Assembly: GCF_009914755.1 (NCBI RefSeq)
Contig: NC_060929.1
DNA length: 64,000 nucleotides
Direction: 5' to 3' (one strand)
DNA from: the human T2T-CHM13v2.0 reference genome, Homo sapiens
Positions 26,046-42,549 of the stretch are shown in pieces; the first letter of the stretch is position 1, and every line of letters starts with the position of its first letter. The notes beneath the pieces were generated by a model that saw only the letters and a program-made list of their open reading frames with translations, made no database searches and was not told where the DNA came from. The position numbers and the translations under genes are program-made.

Positions 26046-26480
26046 GCTGGGTCTACTAACACCCTTTTTAGATGTATACATGAGTTGAAATCAAATTATG
26101 AAATGAATTGGCAAAAATACTTGCTCTTCCATCGAGCAACACGAAATATGAAGTTTACGACATTAAAAATTTGTAATCAAATTATTGTTCTCACCTAATC
26201 ATGTTATTAAGGACTCAATAGCTATAAACTTCTAGTTATTAAAAAGTAAAATTATTCTCTAAGTTACATAAAATGAAAAATACATTTTTATTATATGAAA
26301 TATCACAGATTGCGTATATGATTAATGTACCTTAAGTGCCGTATCTTAAGAATAATACCTTAAAGTAAACAAAGTAATTACTATGCTATTGAAACATTGA
26401 GGTGAATGAATGGTCAACTAATACTTTTGTTGGCCTTCTTGAATTTAGGAGAGGCATTTGTATAATTCTGTTCAACTTAG

Positions 26481-27125
26481 TGAAACGGCTCTGTTGTCTG
26501 GGGTATATACCCTGGTTTTTGGTCTCAGTTGAGAAAGAATTCCAGACATTGATGCACATGGGAGTGAGTTTTAGGAGCAGAAAATTTAATAGAAAAAGAG
26601 GAGAGAGAAAAAAGGATTCCTCATATTGAGAAAGTGGGTCACCCAAAAGAGGGTCTCTAGTTTGTGGTGGAAGGCAATTGATTTTCTACAGGGGCTTGAG
26701 GAGGAGGTGATTGATTTACACAGGGCTCAGGGGATTGGATCCACCAGGTGTGTCTTTTACGTAGCCAGCGAAAAGACTGGCCCTCCCACCCTAGTCTTTT
26801 ATTATGAGAATGTAGCCTCCACCTGGCTGGTCGCCATGAGGCCTGTACATGTGGGTTTATCTGGAGGCTGCCATGACACCTGGTACAAGTAGCGACAACA
26901 AAAAGAGGGCAGGAGACACCATATTGAATTTACCTGGCTTCCAGGTACAGCTGCCTGCATTTACATATAAAAGCTTCTAGTTTGCATATCTATGCCTAAG
27001 TTATCAGGTTGCTTTCTGTAAGAGAAGAAATGGTTTAGGGCTGCTTTTTACTAAAGGAAAATTCCATGGAGAACTTTGACCCTTTCTAGTTGCCTAAAAA
27101 TTATTTCCTAATAACTTCTGTATTA
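26481..27125 (-). mobile_element. ERV1-class solo LTR (MER50/LTR29/MER51-like group)
   Basis: Minus strand starts T(A)ATACAGAAGTTATTAGGAAATAATTTTTAGGC and ends GGGTATATACCCCAGACAACAGAGCCGTTTCA; ATTAAA signal; near-TSD TTAG/TCAG. Confidence 0.8.
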
Positions 27126-28138
27126 TCAGCACATATGAATAAATGTCTCTTATTTGATGGTTGTCTTACCAGACATTGCGGATATAGAAACAAGACCTAG
27201 CTATTAAGTATCTCACAATATAATGGAGAAAGAAAGGTACGCATTATATACCATTATTTAATTATAGATATTACATAAGAATTTGTGGACACTGAACAAG
27301 GAGCAATAATTTTTGGCTTCCTAAAACATGAAGTACATCAGAATTTGACATAATTGTGAATCGTTTTCCTCTCAATAACATTTTCCAAAATAAAGAGCAT
27401 CTTTCCTTTTGCCATTCATTTTATGCAATTTATTAAAAAAAATCATTCATTCAAAAATAATTTATTAACTGTCCTGCTATGTGCAAGGAATCTATAAGAG
27501 GTGCCAGGGTTAGAAAAACAAAATAAAAACAAAAACAAACATATGGTCTATGACCTCAAAGATGCACCGTGTGTAGTCAAGGAAGACAAATAACCGGCTG
27601 CATGAACGTTGATGTGATAATGATGGAGGTAACACACAGGTGGCTTTGAAAACGTGCCTTGAAGATCATGCCAAGGCATGCTGCTGTTCTTTCATTTAAC
27701 TTTATTTTGGGGGTAATAGAGTGACTTAAACTATTTTTGCGTTTATTATCTATTTGTATATTTATTTCAGTAACTGCCTGCTCATCTGCATCATTCCCTT
27801 TAGTTTCTATTGAATTATTCATCTTCTTTTAAACTAATTTCCAAGGTTTTTATCTTCATGGCACCGCAGCATCATTAAAGGATTTTAATAAGGGAAGTAG
27901 GGAAAGGGTTTATGGGTGCACATAAATTTTGTAAAACTTATCACTATTCTATCATGTTTTTCTTATACCCTATATGGATATTTCAAAAAATCAAATCAAA
28001 TCAAGCAGCAGAGTAGTATAGAGCAAGAAACAAAGTCCTCTGCTGTCTGTCTCCAGCAGTCCTACTCGCGAATGTAAGCACTTTTAAATTTATTTTGTGT
28101 TTCTTTCAATAAACTTTATAAACATAATCAAGTATGTA

Positions 28139-28517
28139 CAGTTGACACCCTTGAAAAACATGGGGTTTAGAGTTACCTAAACACACAGCCCCCTCCCCAT
28201 GCAGTTGAAAATCTGTATAACTTTTGACTCCCCAGAAACATAACTATGAATACCCTACTGTTGCCCAGAAGCGAAGTTGTATTCTTACAATAAAGTAAGC
28301 TAGAGAAAATAAAATGTTACTAAGAATATTATAAGAAAGAATATATTTACTATTTATTAAGTGGAGGTGGATCACCATGAAGGTCTTCATCCTCACCGTC
28401 TTCACATTGAGTACGCTGACAAGGGATTGGTCTTGCTGTCTCAGGGTGGCAGAGGCAGAAGTAAATTCCAGGATAAATGGACACACACAGTTCAAACTTG
28501 TGTTGTTCGGGGTCAAG
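28139..28517 (-). mobile_element. Tigger2a (MER28) MITE within decayed L1ME
   Basis: TA-CAGTTGACACCCTTGAAAAACATGGG...CAGTTCAAACTTGTGTTGTTCGGGGTCAA. Confidence 0.85.
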
Positions 28518-28599
28518 AGCATCTATTTCTATCTTTATCTACCTATATATTGGTATACATATATAAAGCTTAATAGTAATTTTAATAGCAATGAAATCA

Positions 28600-29160
28600 T
28601 TCTATTTGATATTTGTTGACTTTTCTGTTTAATGACTTGAATAATTTTTTATATATCGTTATACTTAGATTTATCTCATTCATTCCAGCTTTTTAATATT
28701 AGTAATAGCCATTGGTGATTTATACATATAATATTAAGTATGTTTTCAATCTTTTGTAGAGTGTGTTAATGGAAATAAAATTGCTAGATTAAGGGCATGT
28801 GCATTTAATATTTTAGTAGATAACACTAAAATATTTTTTTCACAAAGACAGTACCAATTTACACTCCCATCAAAAATGTATGGTTTTTTTATTTCTACCA
28901 ATGCTTACCAACACTAGCTATGGTAAGCTTTCTAATATTTTCTAAACTGAGATAAAAGTTATTATTACAATTTTTTAAGGTGCAGTTTCTTAGTTATAAA
29001 TAATTTAGGGTATGTTTACAAAATCGTATTCATTATTTTAACGTATGTGTAAGGGTGTGTGTGTGTGTGTCTGTGTGAATTTCCTGTTCATGTCCTTAAC
29101 CAATTTTAGAAATTGAGTTGTTTTTCCTTAATCTCAAATTTATTTATATTAATTATCCAT
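28600..29160 (-). mobile_element. Ancient L1ME fragments
   Basis: AATTGCTAGATTAAGGG..GTACCAATTTACACTCCCATCAA..TTCCTGTTCATGTCCTT. Confidence 0.65.
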
Positions 29161-29810
29161 TTTAACAACCTAGAGTTATTCAAAAATCCATAGATGCTTT
29201 AGAGGATGGGGTTTAGTTTTGCCAATATTGTTTTCAGATAAGGAGTTTTCAAGAGAGAACTTTGGTAAGAAATACTGCAGAAGGCCGTAGAAGTTAATGG
29301 CTAAAGAAGATTTACCACTCAATATTCTTTCACCTGCACCAGGCAATTAGCACCCTACTCATTCAGTCAAGAATATCTTTGAAAAATAACATGAAGTTGA
29401 AATTCATTCTTCTTTTAAAGCTCAATAGAATCCTCTCTTTCGCCTTATGAGCACTTTAGTTTTAAGTTCTTAGGCTTTTTTTTTTTTTTTTTAAAATACA
29501 TTTGTGCAGCTTCCATGCTGAAATATTCAAGAAGAGTAAAACACATCAAACGTATTTAAAGATAATGCTTGGGCTTGTGACCTCTGTACATTTGAATATA
29601 TTGTTTTTATGTGTTCTGAATAACTTTATTCCGAAATAAGTTTCCACATCATTCAGGTTTGTTAAAGTAGTTAACACAAGGCTATTAGCAACTTTTAATA
29701 ATAAATATTATACTAGTTCTAAGTTGTTCATTAGACATATTTTCCTTGGAAAATATTAAGAGTATAAACATTTCATGATTAATAATAAAAATATATAACT
29801 AAAAATATGT

Positions 29811-30139
<329 letters not shown>

Positions 30140-30140
30140 A

Positions 30141-30264
30141 TGTTTGTTTGTTTTTTAGAGATGGCCTCTTGCTCTTTCACCCAGCCAAGAGTGTAGTGGC
30201 ATGATCATAGCTCACTGCAGTGTCAAGCTCCTGGGCTCAAGTGATCCTACTGCTTCAGCCTCAG
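30141..30264 (-). mobile_element. AluJ/FLAM fragment
   Basis: GATCATAGCTCACTGCAG..CTCCTGGGCTCAAGTGATCCT. Confidence 0.85.
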
Positions 30265-31212
30265 TAAGTATAAATATTATCCATAGTGATAATCACATAA
30301 AAGTAGATATAAATAGATTCATTAAAAGTATGAACAAGTTTATTTTAGGATATATGGCAAAGACTAAATGGAAAATTTCAACAAAATTTACCTTAATTAG
30401 AAAGTAATCTTTACAAAACATATTTAGATGTTAAAATGTTGTCTATGAGGGAGTTAGCCTGATGTAAATGCTTTGTACAGCAGCTATTTTAGAGATGAGT
30501 CTCCATTGCTTGATATGATCGTCTTTTTAAAGATGCTGAATATAGATTTTAAGTTCTCAGAAGAAATTTAATAAAAACCTATTTTATGGCTCTCATTATA
30601 TATATGGAGATATTTCTGGTCTATTGGTAAGTTTATCTGAACTGGTAACTGAAAATAACAAGTTTCAAGAAATAAAGTCACATAATCAAAATATGATTCC
30701 CTTTAATAAACCATTCTATTTTTACAAGAGTTACCACTGTTTTTGAAGAAGTTAGATAATATACTAAACGAAGTTTTCAGTAGCTGTTTAATAGTAATAG
30801 ATTAGGTGTGTGCATTTTATTTCCAGTATTTCATTGAGTAGAGACCTAAGTGATATTTTAATTCAAATTCAGAAAAATGAAGAAAACCAATTTTTTTATT
30901 AAACCTTATGTGTAAAATAAACTCTATCTTATAAAAAACAAAATGTTATTTGCTGATTCATGCAGAAAACATTGATGCCAGCTCATAACAATAAATGGAG
31001 AAAATTTGTTGTAATATTGATTTTTAATTTGAATTACTGAAGATAGCGCTAATGAAAACAAATCTGAAAAATATCACTCTCCATCTATCACTGAGTGGGG
31101 TCAGGAAATTACTTCCATCATTATTTGTCTTCATTATTTAATGTAATATGAAGAGTCATCTTGAATTTGGAGAAACATATCATTTCAAGGTGACTATAAA
31201 ACACAAAGCCTT

Positions 31213-32492
<1,280 letters not shown>

Positions 32493-32519
32493 AAAGCTTT
32501 GGAGCACTTTCTACTATGG

Positions 32520-35500
32520 AGTCACGTTTTGTATCCTAGCCCTTGCCCAAATGTGAACCTGGATAAATTACACTGTACTTCAGTTTTTGAATCTGTGAAA
32601 TGGAATAACAATGAACTTACCTAATAGGGTTGTTGTGAAGTTTACATGAGTAAATATACAAAAAGCTCTTATAATAGTCCGTTATAATTAGTAGACATTT
32701 CTGAAGCTATCATTTTATTTTTTTATTTCTTCCCAGTTGAGCAATAATGTGTTGTGATAAAGATATAGAAACCATCATTAGAGAATTTAATTTGTTTAAA
32801 TCTAGACTTTAGAAATAATCTAAGGAAAATCCTATATTTTACAGTCTAAGTGTTCAGATTAGCTAAATACAGAGAAATGCGGTTTGTTAATCTCCTGGTA
32901 TACATTCTGCTTCCTTTTGCCACCCTCACCATTGTCCACTATAAATGATTTTTTTTTAACTACAAATATCTCAAACGCTTTTGAGAAATCGACAATTTAA
33001 ACTACCATGTGGAGGTAAAAAAATGAACAAACAAAAAACTGAAAGGCAAATCATACACATTGTTACCTAGAAACCCCAGATTTTCCTTCAAGATGGTGCA
33101 ATAGCAGTGACTTGCTGTGCTAGCCTCTGTATCTTTGTCCTTAGCATTTGTTTCAGTAGTGATACATCTGTAACCTCAAAGGTATAAGTGATGCCCCTTC
33201 CACTGAATTATTTTTGAGTAAGATGGAGAGGTGAAAAAAATATAGGATGGGCTTCAACTTCAACTGCAGCCCATGCATTGATGATCTTTGCTGACAAGAA
33301 TGTTGAACATAATGAAGGATGCATGACAAGATAGAAAAGTGGGTCATAAAAAACGGAACGCCTTTGCTGCCAGGATGCCGCTCTGGTTTCTGGGTTAATC
33401 ATGCACTGCTGGAAAAAGCATTTGTGTTCACATGCCCGAATGAATCTAAAGACCATAATGAACAAAATCTTGTTTTTTTTCTTACCCCTCTATAATGGAC
33501 ACTGGTATTTGCTTTTCTGAGGAGGTAATTGTAGCTATCTTTCTCTCCCAGGTTTTTTTCTTTTTTATAGCCTAGATAACTGGATAATGCTTTAACAGCT
33601 ATTAAATAATTACTATATTTGGCATTGAGGTAGCCATAGAAATAGATAAAGCAAAGTTAAGCTTCCAAGGAACTCATAACTTAGAACAGCGTATAATGCT
33701 TCTCACACATATCATCCAATGTGTGAGGTAAATGTATGAGATAAACATTATAAATGAAGTATTGCGGGTATTAGGAGAAGGGAAAAATTATCAGTGGACT
33801 TTCCTTGAAGGAATTAACAGTTAATCTTTGCCAGGAAAATTAAAGAGAATTTTAATATGAAAGGAGGAAGGGGCTTATCAGATGGGATTATAAATAAATC
33901 CTAGGCAAGCTCTGGTAACAGCAGCATTTAAATCTGGCCTCCACATAAGTTGTGTATTTGACAGTGATGGAATAAGAGAGTACTTGAGGGTCAGATCATA
34001 AGAGACTTTACTTGTGCTAAAGAATATGGACCATTTTTCTTCTAATGGAAATGGGGAGACCTGAAGATTTTTACATAGAAAATTATCATGTCTAAATTGT
34101 GGTTTCTGAGCATGCCATAATCAGCTGGTGGATATGGAACAAGGACTAGTGAAAATACAAGGAGTCAAGTCAGGATAATCTGGGGCTGTAGGCCTCTTCC
34201 TACTGAATGATGTGTCAAAAGGCCGAGATTAAATAACCCTTAGTTACTACATAAATTGACTTTCCATGTAACTTCAATGTTACATCTATTAAGCTCTATA
34301 ATAAAAATCAATTTTCCACTCTTATCAAGACAAAGGAGTAAATATGGAAGCCATGGAAGCTGTGGCATGAGCACCATCTGAAGACGGTTATGCTGCCTTC
34401 TAAATCCAGGATCGTGACTCTTGGTCAAATCTAAAGAATAAAGATTACTGACTTTGACACAACGTGTTGTGTTTCTAATGGTAATAATGAGAACAGAAAT
34501 TATTATAATTAATCCAAATTAATGAGAACCAGAAGGAAAATTGAAAATAAATGAAAAGTGAAAAGATTGTAAGAGTTAAGGAACAAACTAGTGCATTAAA
34601 AGTTTACTTTTATTTTGTTTGTATCTTGTACCTAATAGTAATCTAAATTATAGAAAACACTTTTGTTTTGTTTTCCACCAGAAAATGTCTGTTATAAATT
34701 TTGGAATAGAGAAACTAGTGGTGAAAAATTTATGTATTGTCAAAAACCATTCTAGGGTTCTTTTGTGATTACTCCTCAAAACAACCCTATTTCATAGTTG
34801 TTATTAACTTGCCATTTACAGATGAGGAAACAGTCCCAGAAAGATTAAATGATTTTCCCACATTAATTTTTCTATAAAATACCACAACCAAAGTTAGAGC
34901 CAAGATCTATTGGATCTAAAGCTCACACTGAAATTGTTCACTAATGTTGCATAAAGTCTACTAATGTATTTTACGGAAGAATCACAAAGCATGATTATTT
35001 CAACCAGTGAATCTGAAGTGATAATACTTAAGTTTATGTTTGGGCTCTGCTCCTTAACCAATTTGGCGTAGTCATACAAGAATTATTAATTATTTTTAGA
35101 CTTTATTGTAAAATGGTGGTTGTTACCTGCTTTATGGTTGTTGCTGGAGTAATAGAAAAGCTCAATGTGAACTCACAGTCTTGAACACTATATAAATCAT
35201 GCTGAATATTTTATTAATATTAATACCAAAGTTTAACATTTTATTTAGCACTAAAATGATGGTGGTAATAATATTTGGGCTTTGTGAAGCTCATACTTTT
35301 GATTTTAATATGTTCTGTTGGTTCTTGTGTTTAAATGAACCTTGTTATTTCCATTTGTCTAAATACACATAATGTCAGTTTAGAAGCAGAAAATCAACTC
35401 TAATTGGTATGTAAGAAGTAATTTGGGATAATGGTAGACACTCGATTTTGAAGTCCCACAGATCTGGTTTTATTTTTTAAATCAGACACCCTGGATGTAT

Positions 35501-37590
35501 GTATTTAAGCAAATCACTTAACTTGAAATATTTCCATATTTACCAAATGAGAGATTAAAATATGTAAAGTTATTATGAGTATATGAGATAATATACATAA
35601 AGTCCCTGATACACAGTGAGTGCCTAGTGAAAGGCAGATTCTATTGTAGTTATTAAAGCTAATTTCCCATTAATTCCCTTGGGTAGATGACTTCACAATA
35701 TCATGAGGGAGAAGACAACATTGGCAAAAAGAAATTTCATTTTTCTTCTGAAAGTTTAATAATAATAACAAACAAATAGGTCACCAGGGCTAAAAATCAG
35801 AAGGTTGACACTCTCAGACATTTCTTTGACCCTTAATATTCTATCAGGCCTGAAGAACATGAAATAATGTACTGGCAAGGAAATTGTCAGCGGGCTCCTG
35901 TGATTAAGGTCCACATTACAAAACAACTTATATTTAGGTACACAGATAAGATTTTTTGTGATCATTATATGTTAAACTCATATATATTTAGAAAGTTTTT
36001 ATATTAATTTGTCATGGACAATAGGATTCATACTCTAAAAATAATGTAAAAGGAAATTGTTAATAATAGTATACCAAAAGATATCTTTCTTTGATGATTG
36101 CTCTGTAGGTTCTTAAGAGTGATAAAATGAATAGTCTTTGAGGTCAGATTACTTAGTTTTATTTTTGCTTTTCTCTAGTAGCTGTATGGCATTAGATAAT
36201 TTGACTTTAAATTTTAGCTTCCTCATCTGGTAAGAAATAAAAAAGGGCAAACAGTTGCCTCTTAAGTTTGTAAAAATTAATATAATCATGTATGCAAAAT
36301 ACATAATATGATGCCCAACACTTTGTGTTAAGCACTCCAAAATGTAGTGATTCTTGCCAGTGGCAAGTTACCAACCATCACTGTGGAGCTCGTTGTCCTG
36401 TAGAAAGCAGTGGGCTGAATCTGACCTCATTTGAATGTTCCTTTGTGTAGGATATATAAATATTGGTTTATTTGCCTGCTGTTTTCTAAATTCTTTCTTT
36501 GCAAAATAGGTGAGAATTTATTCATTTGAGAATTCTGAGATTTATATCATCTCAGAATTTATTCGAAATTTCTGGTTCTTTGCTTACAGAGCAGTGGCCA
36601 TTTCTATTTCTGTCCACCAATGTCTCAGCTTGTTTCCAGTACCAAATTTAAAATATGGAACTAATTGAAGCCAGTTTAAAAAGGCAAAATCAACTTAGCT
36701 TTTGAGACAAACCCATAATTTTTCACCACTGTTTTCTCTGCCTGCCAAAATAAGCACTTTCTTAGGCAAATCTTATTTTCCTTTGAAAAATCCATAGGTG
36801 TAAATTTGCAAGCCGCTTTCAAACTTTTGCCTCATTAAGCCTAATGCTTTTTGGAATCACAGTAAACTATTTGCTTCAATAATTTATTTTGGGAACTAGT
36901 TACAGGCACTAATTCAGCTTTATGCAGAGAAGTATTTCTTTCTACCCATTCTTTATTTCTTGCTTTTTAATGTTATTATATGTTCTTCATGTGAAACACC
37001 AAACTTTTATTCTCCATACCACTGATTGATCTTGTAACAAAACAAGTGTGTGGTTGAAGGGACATACGCATACATAGATAGTATTTTGTAATGTTGATGT
37101 CCTATCAGAATATTAAGGAAACATGAAAATACCATAGTCTACGCAGTGTATTCATAAATTGGAAATCAGAGTTTGATTTGTAAGTTTATTTTGAATATGA
37201 AATAGAATTTTCATGACAATAATTTAAGAAACAGTGATTAGAATACAGTCATTTAAATTCAGCACATACCTATGAAGCACATACTATGTGTAATGCTCTG
37301 TGTCCTATTTACTACTGGGGACACACTATCTGACTTCATGAACTGAACTTCATGTACCTATAAATAGTGATACTAATAACTAGCATTTTCTGAGAAGTTA
37401 TGCTAAATATTATATGTTCAACATACATTATCTCATTTATCCCTCCCAGTGAAGAGGATACAGTTGTTACACTCATTTCATAAATTAGGAGCCAAGACTT
37501 ATAGATATTTAGTGTCTTGCCTGAAGTCAGAAAACCAGAAAGAATCCTTATTTGAAACCAAGCCTGCCAGACCTTGAAATTCATGTTATT
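32520..37590. mobile_element. Scattered MIR and L2 fragments (e.g. ~32520-32700, 33590-34150, 34740-34930, 35430-35650, 36170-36345, 37370-37590)
   Basis: MIR cores such as TCAGTTTT..ATCTGTGAAATGG and TTTACAGATGAGGAAAC; decayed L2 motifs. Confidence 0.6.
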
Positions 37591-40500
37591 ACTCAGTAGA
37601 GGTAAAGCCTATTTAAATGTCTTATGTTCTCACCTTTAAGTACCACTATTAGCTAGATGGATATTTGCAGGCTAAGTTGAGTGTTTAATTGTCATTTACA
37701 ATATTGCATTCTTCAATAGTGTCCCACAGATTGTTGATATTATATCTGCCTCACGCTTCAAAAAGTTAGCAGGGGATCCTTCCAACTTCAGGTCCAAAAT
37801 TGAGCCCTGTTGGCCTCACTACCAGCAGTGGTGGCAAAAGAAGGCATGCCAGGTGAAGGGAGTAGAAAGGTGTTAAGGTCTCACCCAAGGTTAATGCCTT
37901 TGGCCTGAGGGAAGTTTGCCCTCAGATATAAATTAATGAACAGAGTCTGGGCCCCCAGACATGGATTGGTTCACCCTCTTACTCTACGTGTACATTCTTA
38001 CGTTGATATTTTAAGAAAGAAATTGTCAATGGGAAGGAATTTTAGGGAAGAAACAGGTAAATAATGAAAGAAGAAAATAGAAATTTTAAAAGAATATAGT
38101 AGAAATCTCTTAAAAAAACAGCAAACTTTTTTTTTTAATCCTCTAAAAGTAGATGGATTTGTGTTATTTAGTAAGAAGACATTTTCACTGTAAGTGAAAA
38201 TCTCAGGACTTTCTAATCTTAGATTCAAAGTGTTTAAAGATATTGATGGGATAGAGTTTAAGAGATTATATTATTATTCACACATATGTGATTGTGTGGT
38301 AAATGGGCTACTGGGGGAGAGGAGGGCTTTACATCTCCTTGCTGGAATATTCATGGCTTGCGTAGGCTGGAAGAGTTGATGATGCCTGCATGCATTTTCA
38401 TAGGGTGGAACAAATCTGAATGTTTTCCTGTTGGGGGTGTGGTTCATGGGCTAATCTGTGAAAACTTTTATTTATCTCTGTATTATACAAACCCGTGATT
38501 CTGTCATTAGAATTGTCTGAATAATTACCAAGCATAAAAGCTGCATCATGATTAAAACATGAAATACAGAGGATGTTTATCAGAAAATTATCCAGATCTC
38601 TTTGAACTTTTACTTTCATGAGAGTAGATGTTTTTTGAGATTACCTCATGGGGAAGGCGTAACTGCCTAATCATAATAAAAGTCTTCCTTCCTATGTTTA
38701 TAAAACTGACAGATGTGGTTTCCAGAAAGTCAGATAATTTAGAAGTCGAGAAAAAGACAAAACTAAATGGTAAGTTTGTAAAATATCTTAAATGATTCCA
38801 AATTCATTTTTCCTTTAGATCAATGTCTAAGTTTGGAGTAGTTGTAGACATTTTTCAATAAAATGATTTGTGTTAATCTAATACAATTTATCTGAAGGAA
38901 AAGGTCAAGAAATAAGAACATTTTTAAAATAAGGTATCTGGTGAAAGTAAATACTGAAAACTCTGAGACTACATGTTAGATTTGTCTCTTGAAAATTGTT
39001 TCAGATAGCTTAAAACTCATGAGATTATAATGCTGAATCTTTTAGATTATTCTTGCACGCGTATTTTTTACAAGTGAGGAATTTCAAACAAGAGAAATTA
39101 TGACTCCGATGATAGAATTTGGCAAAACTTTTACTATAAGCCAGTCTTTTCAAATCTGTTTGTTGTTCTTTCTATGAAATCTTTTTTGACTCTCTGATTA
39201 TTCGATATAATTGTCCTTAAAATAAAAAAAAAACCGTCTGGTTTTACTCTTCATTTACAAGAGATATCAATAGTGAAAATTTAAAGTAAATGATTTGTTT
39301 TTTTAAATTTATTAATAAACTGATGATGTAGCTATGCAATTCTATGCTTATTTTTAATATATTTGAGGACACAGAGTTTTACTAGATGACAAAAAAGGCT
39401 AGTCTAGTGTGGATGGGTCTGCCTATATTCTCTATTTCTATTTTATTCATTGTGCAGCACTGATGAAAAAGAGAAGGTCTAATTTTCTGGGTTCCAGTGA
39501 CCCTCTGATGAACACCGGGTGCTGGAGGTTTCTTCTAAAAGATAGCAAGTTTAAAATCTGAACTGGTGAAAAGTAATTCATAATAATGCTTACTTAATCG
39601 GGAAATAAAAAGAGGGACTAGAGTATCTAAATGCAGATGAAAGACCTTAGCTCTGCTCTGTATTTCTGTGGGTTAACCTCACAGTGGTTAAGAGAGTGGT
39701 TTAGAAACAACCAATTTGCTGAGCAATCCTGCTGACCAGTTCTCAACGGAAGACCTGGGGGAGTACTCTGTTGCTCTCCAGAGCTCTCTCTGTAAGGCCC
39801 TCTCCTCTCTTGTACTCTGCCCTGACATTGCTAGCTGCCTTGGCCTCCTTGACATTTCATTCAGCTCCTGTCTTTCTCTCTAAATCTAGGCTAGCATTGG
39901 GTATAGAAAGATGATCAGAGACTGGGAAGAGCTCATGTATTGGTTAAGAGAAATCTGATGCAGTAATGTGGTCAGGCATATATTTGTAATATTTTATAGA
40001 GTAAAAACTCAATGCTGTTATATTTTATTGTTACAACATAAGCAAATCAAACTGTCCAACTCTCTACCTTTCTCCTGTTGCTTATTAGAGTTGTTAAGTT
40101 TAGAAAGTAATGGATAGGTTGAGCTTCACATTTTTTTGTCTCCTATAAACTCCCACCGCAGTAATATAGTTTTTATTAATTACATACACACATATTTTTC
40201 CTACTTTTCACACTAGTTAATTATTGTGCAGACCACAAAGGTGAGAGTTCTAGTGAAACATGCGCTATCTCTTTCCTTGGATTTATGTAAACAAATGCAA
40301 ACATGAAAGTAAATTTGACACAGCTTCTGCTTCTCCCCTGCAGTGGCTTTGTGTGTTTTCATGCCAATTGTCAACATCCATTTTTCTTATCGCAACACTT
40401 TTCCTCTCCTTAATTCAGTTTTTATGTAGAAATTTGCCCAAGAAATAACCTAGTTAACCTCAACTTCTGTTTCAGCATACTTTGACATTTGTTGGCTAGA

Positions 40501-42036
40501 AAATTCTTTTTTTTTTTTTTTTTTTTGGCTTTTTCAGCAGTAAGAGGTGTGTCTGCATTTAGAAAAATATGTTCAATTATATAACTTATTTTGAAATTAA
40601 CCATTGAAAAATTCACAGGGAGGCAATAATGATTTAGATGGTTTTGATTCATATATTTATTTCTCATTCAAAAAATAACTGGAACCTTCATAGTAAGAGG
40701 GGGGCATGATGCTTGAGAACACTACCTCTGTTTCTCTAAATCTACAAAATAAACCCAAATAAATAAAAATGAGAATAGATAAAAGAGAATGCAATAAGTC
40801 CTATCTTTTAAAAAGTCATAGGCAAAGGAAGAGAAAAAAGGAACCTTTAAAATAACATAGCGATTTCATCAGCTTTCAATTTCCTCTGTATGCCAAATAT
40901 ATTGATATGTTAAGAAAAAAAGTTTAAGAGACAATATCATAAAAAAACCCCTCCATTACCACCCCGCTCAAAATAATAGAATGAGCCCAGAGGCAGAGTT
41001 CTTAACATGAATCTCAGGAAGTCTTTGCTTGGCCCATAAAGTGCTAGGTGGCCTGACTTCTAGACACATCTCTGTTTCTCTCGTATCTCATCCCCTTAAT
41101 TCACCCGGGTCTGTTTTCTTTGTCCTTAATTTCCTGAACATGCGCAAACCCTAGAGTCTCTTCTGAAGCTTGGTCATGTGACTGAAACGTTTTTATACAG
41201 CCTTCACATGATTAGCTTGTTTTATTATTGTTTAGATCACTCTAAAAGTGATTGCTATGCAAACCTTCATGATATGAATGAATAGCAGCATTCATTTTAA
41301 TTACAAAATCAGATAGGGCTTGCCCTCTTTAGAGTTAGTGATGGGTTAGGCACTAACTAGGAGTACTTCTAGCTTGGGGATGTGCAGGTATGTTTCTATT
41401 TCTTAATGGGAGTGTGAGTAATGTTTCCTTCCTAGATCTAGACATTGGTTTTTGAAGGTGCTTAGTTTGTGAAATGTATTAGGCAATAAAATTATATTCT
41501 GTATACTTTTCTGTATATACTTCAACAAAAGGTAGCAAAATACACACAGTTACAAATCTTATCTCATGTTATCAGACACTGTATAACCACAAGCAAGTGG
41601 TACTTAAACATGTTTATTTGGATTTTGTTTCGTTTTGTTTTTTCTGATCCCATTACTTTGTGTTTAGCCTCACATAATATCTCCATCCACTTCTGGAATT
41701 TTAAATGCTAAGAACTGAAGGCCATCTTCTAATTCTTTGGACTTAGACCAGGCCAAGTCTTGGACATGAAATGTTTCATTCTTTCACCAAATAATTCTCA
41801 CTCACGCCAACCCCACTAAAATAAATAGCTACAAGTTTTCATCTTCATTTCCTCATCCGCAAATTTCACTCACATAGTCTTTCATTGGCAAGTAGTCATT
41901 TTTTTGCCTTGTGAGTTTATTTTGCTAAGTGTTGTTTGTATTTATTAAGTATTCTTAACATGATATTGTAACTTTCACTTACAATATGGAATATATTCAT
42001 TAGAGTACATAAGGTGAGAAAGTCTGGAATTAGAAC

Positions 42037-42425
42037 TGTTGAGAGCCCGTAGCCTGGAATTACATGGTACTGCCAGATGGAAAGTAGTCACGACTTCAGC
42101 AGGAAGAATACAGGTGCTCTTCTTAGAAAACTAGTCTGTTCAGAGAAATAGTCTGATGGTTACATTGCGATTGCAGTGTATGACTTACCTGGGCCATCTG
42201 GACTCAGCCAATCATACAACTTCATTGAAATCCACTAGTAATTTCACTTACAGTTGTTTAGGTTTTTGGCTTTATAAAAATCCTGTACTAGCTCCTTTTC
42301 CTGAAAACCCCATCTCACAGGGACTAAGCCTTCTTTGTTGGGTGAGGGTTTCTCTGCCTTAACTAGCAACCAACTCAGGTGAATTTTCATGATGTCTCTA
42401 AGTCTTTATTTTTCCCTTGTCAACT
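42037..42425 (+). mobile_element. Probable ancient ERV/Gypsy-type solo LTR
   Basis: ~390 bp from TGTTGA to TCAAC(T) (inverted ends), with CCAAT (AGCCAATC) then TATA (CTTTATAAAA) in LTR order. Confidence 0.45.
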
Positions 42426-42549
42426 CAAAATATAATTTATAGTTAATGTTCTTTCACTGCATTCTTATGCAGGATTTTTATGTATATTACTTACAAATAT
42501 GCCCTTTCATGTGTTTATTGAATTGACAATTGATGTCTTGAATATATCA

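Noticed and set aside
39720-39880. CT-rich unique-looking block as a regulatory element
   Set aside because: It resembles an old L1MC/L1ME 5'-region fragment; too uncertain to call either way.
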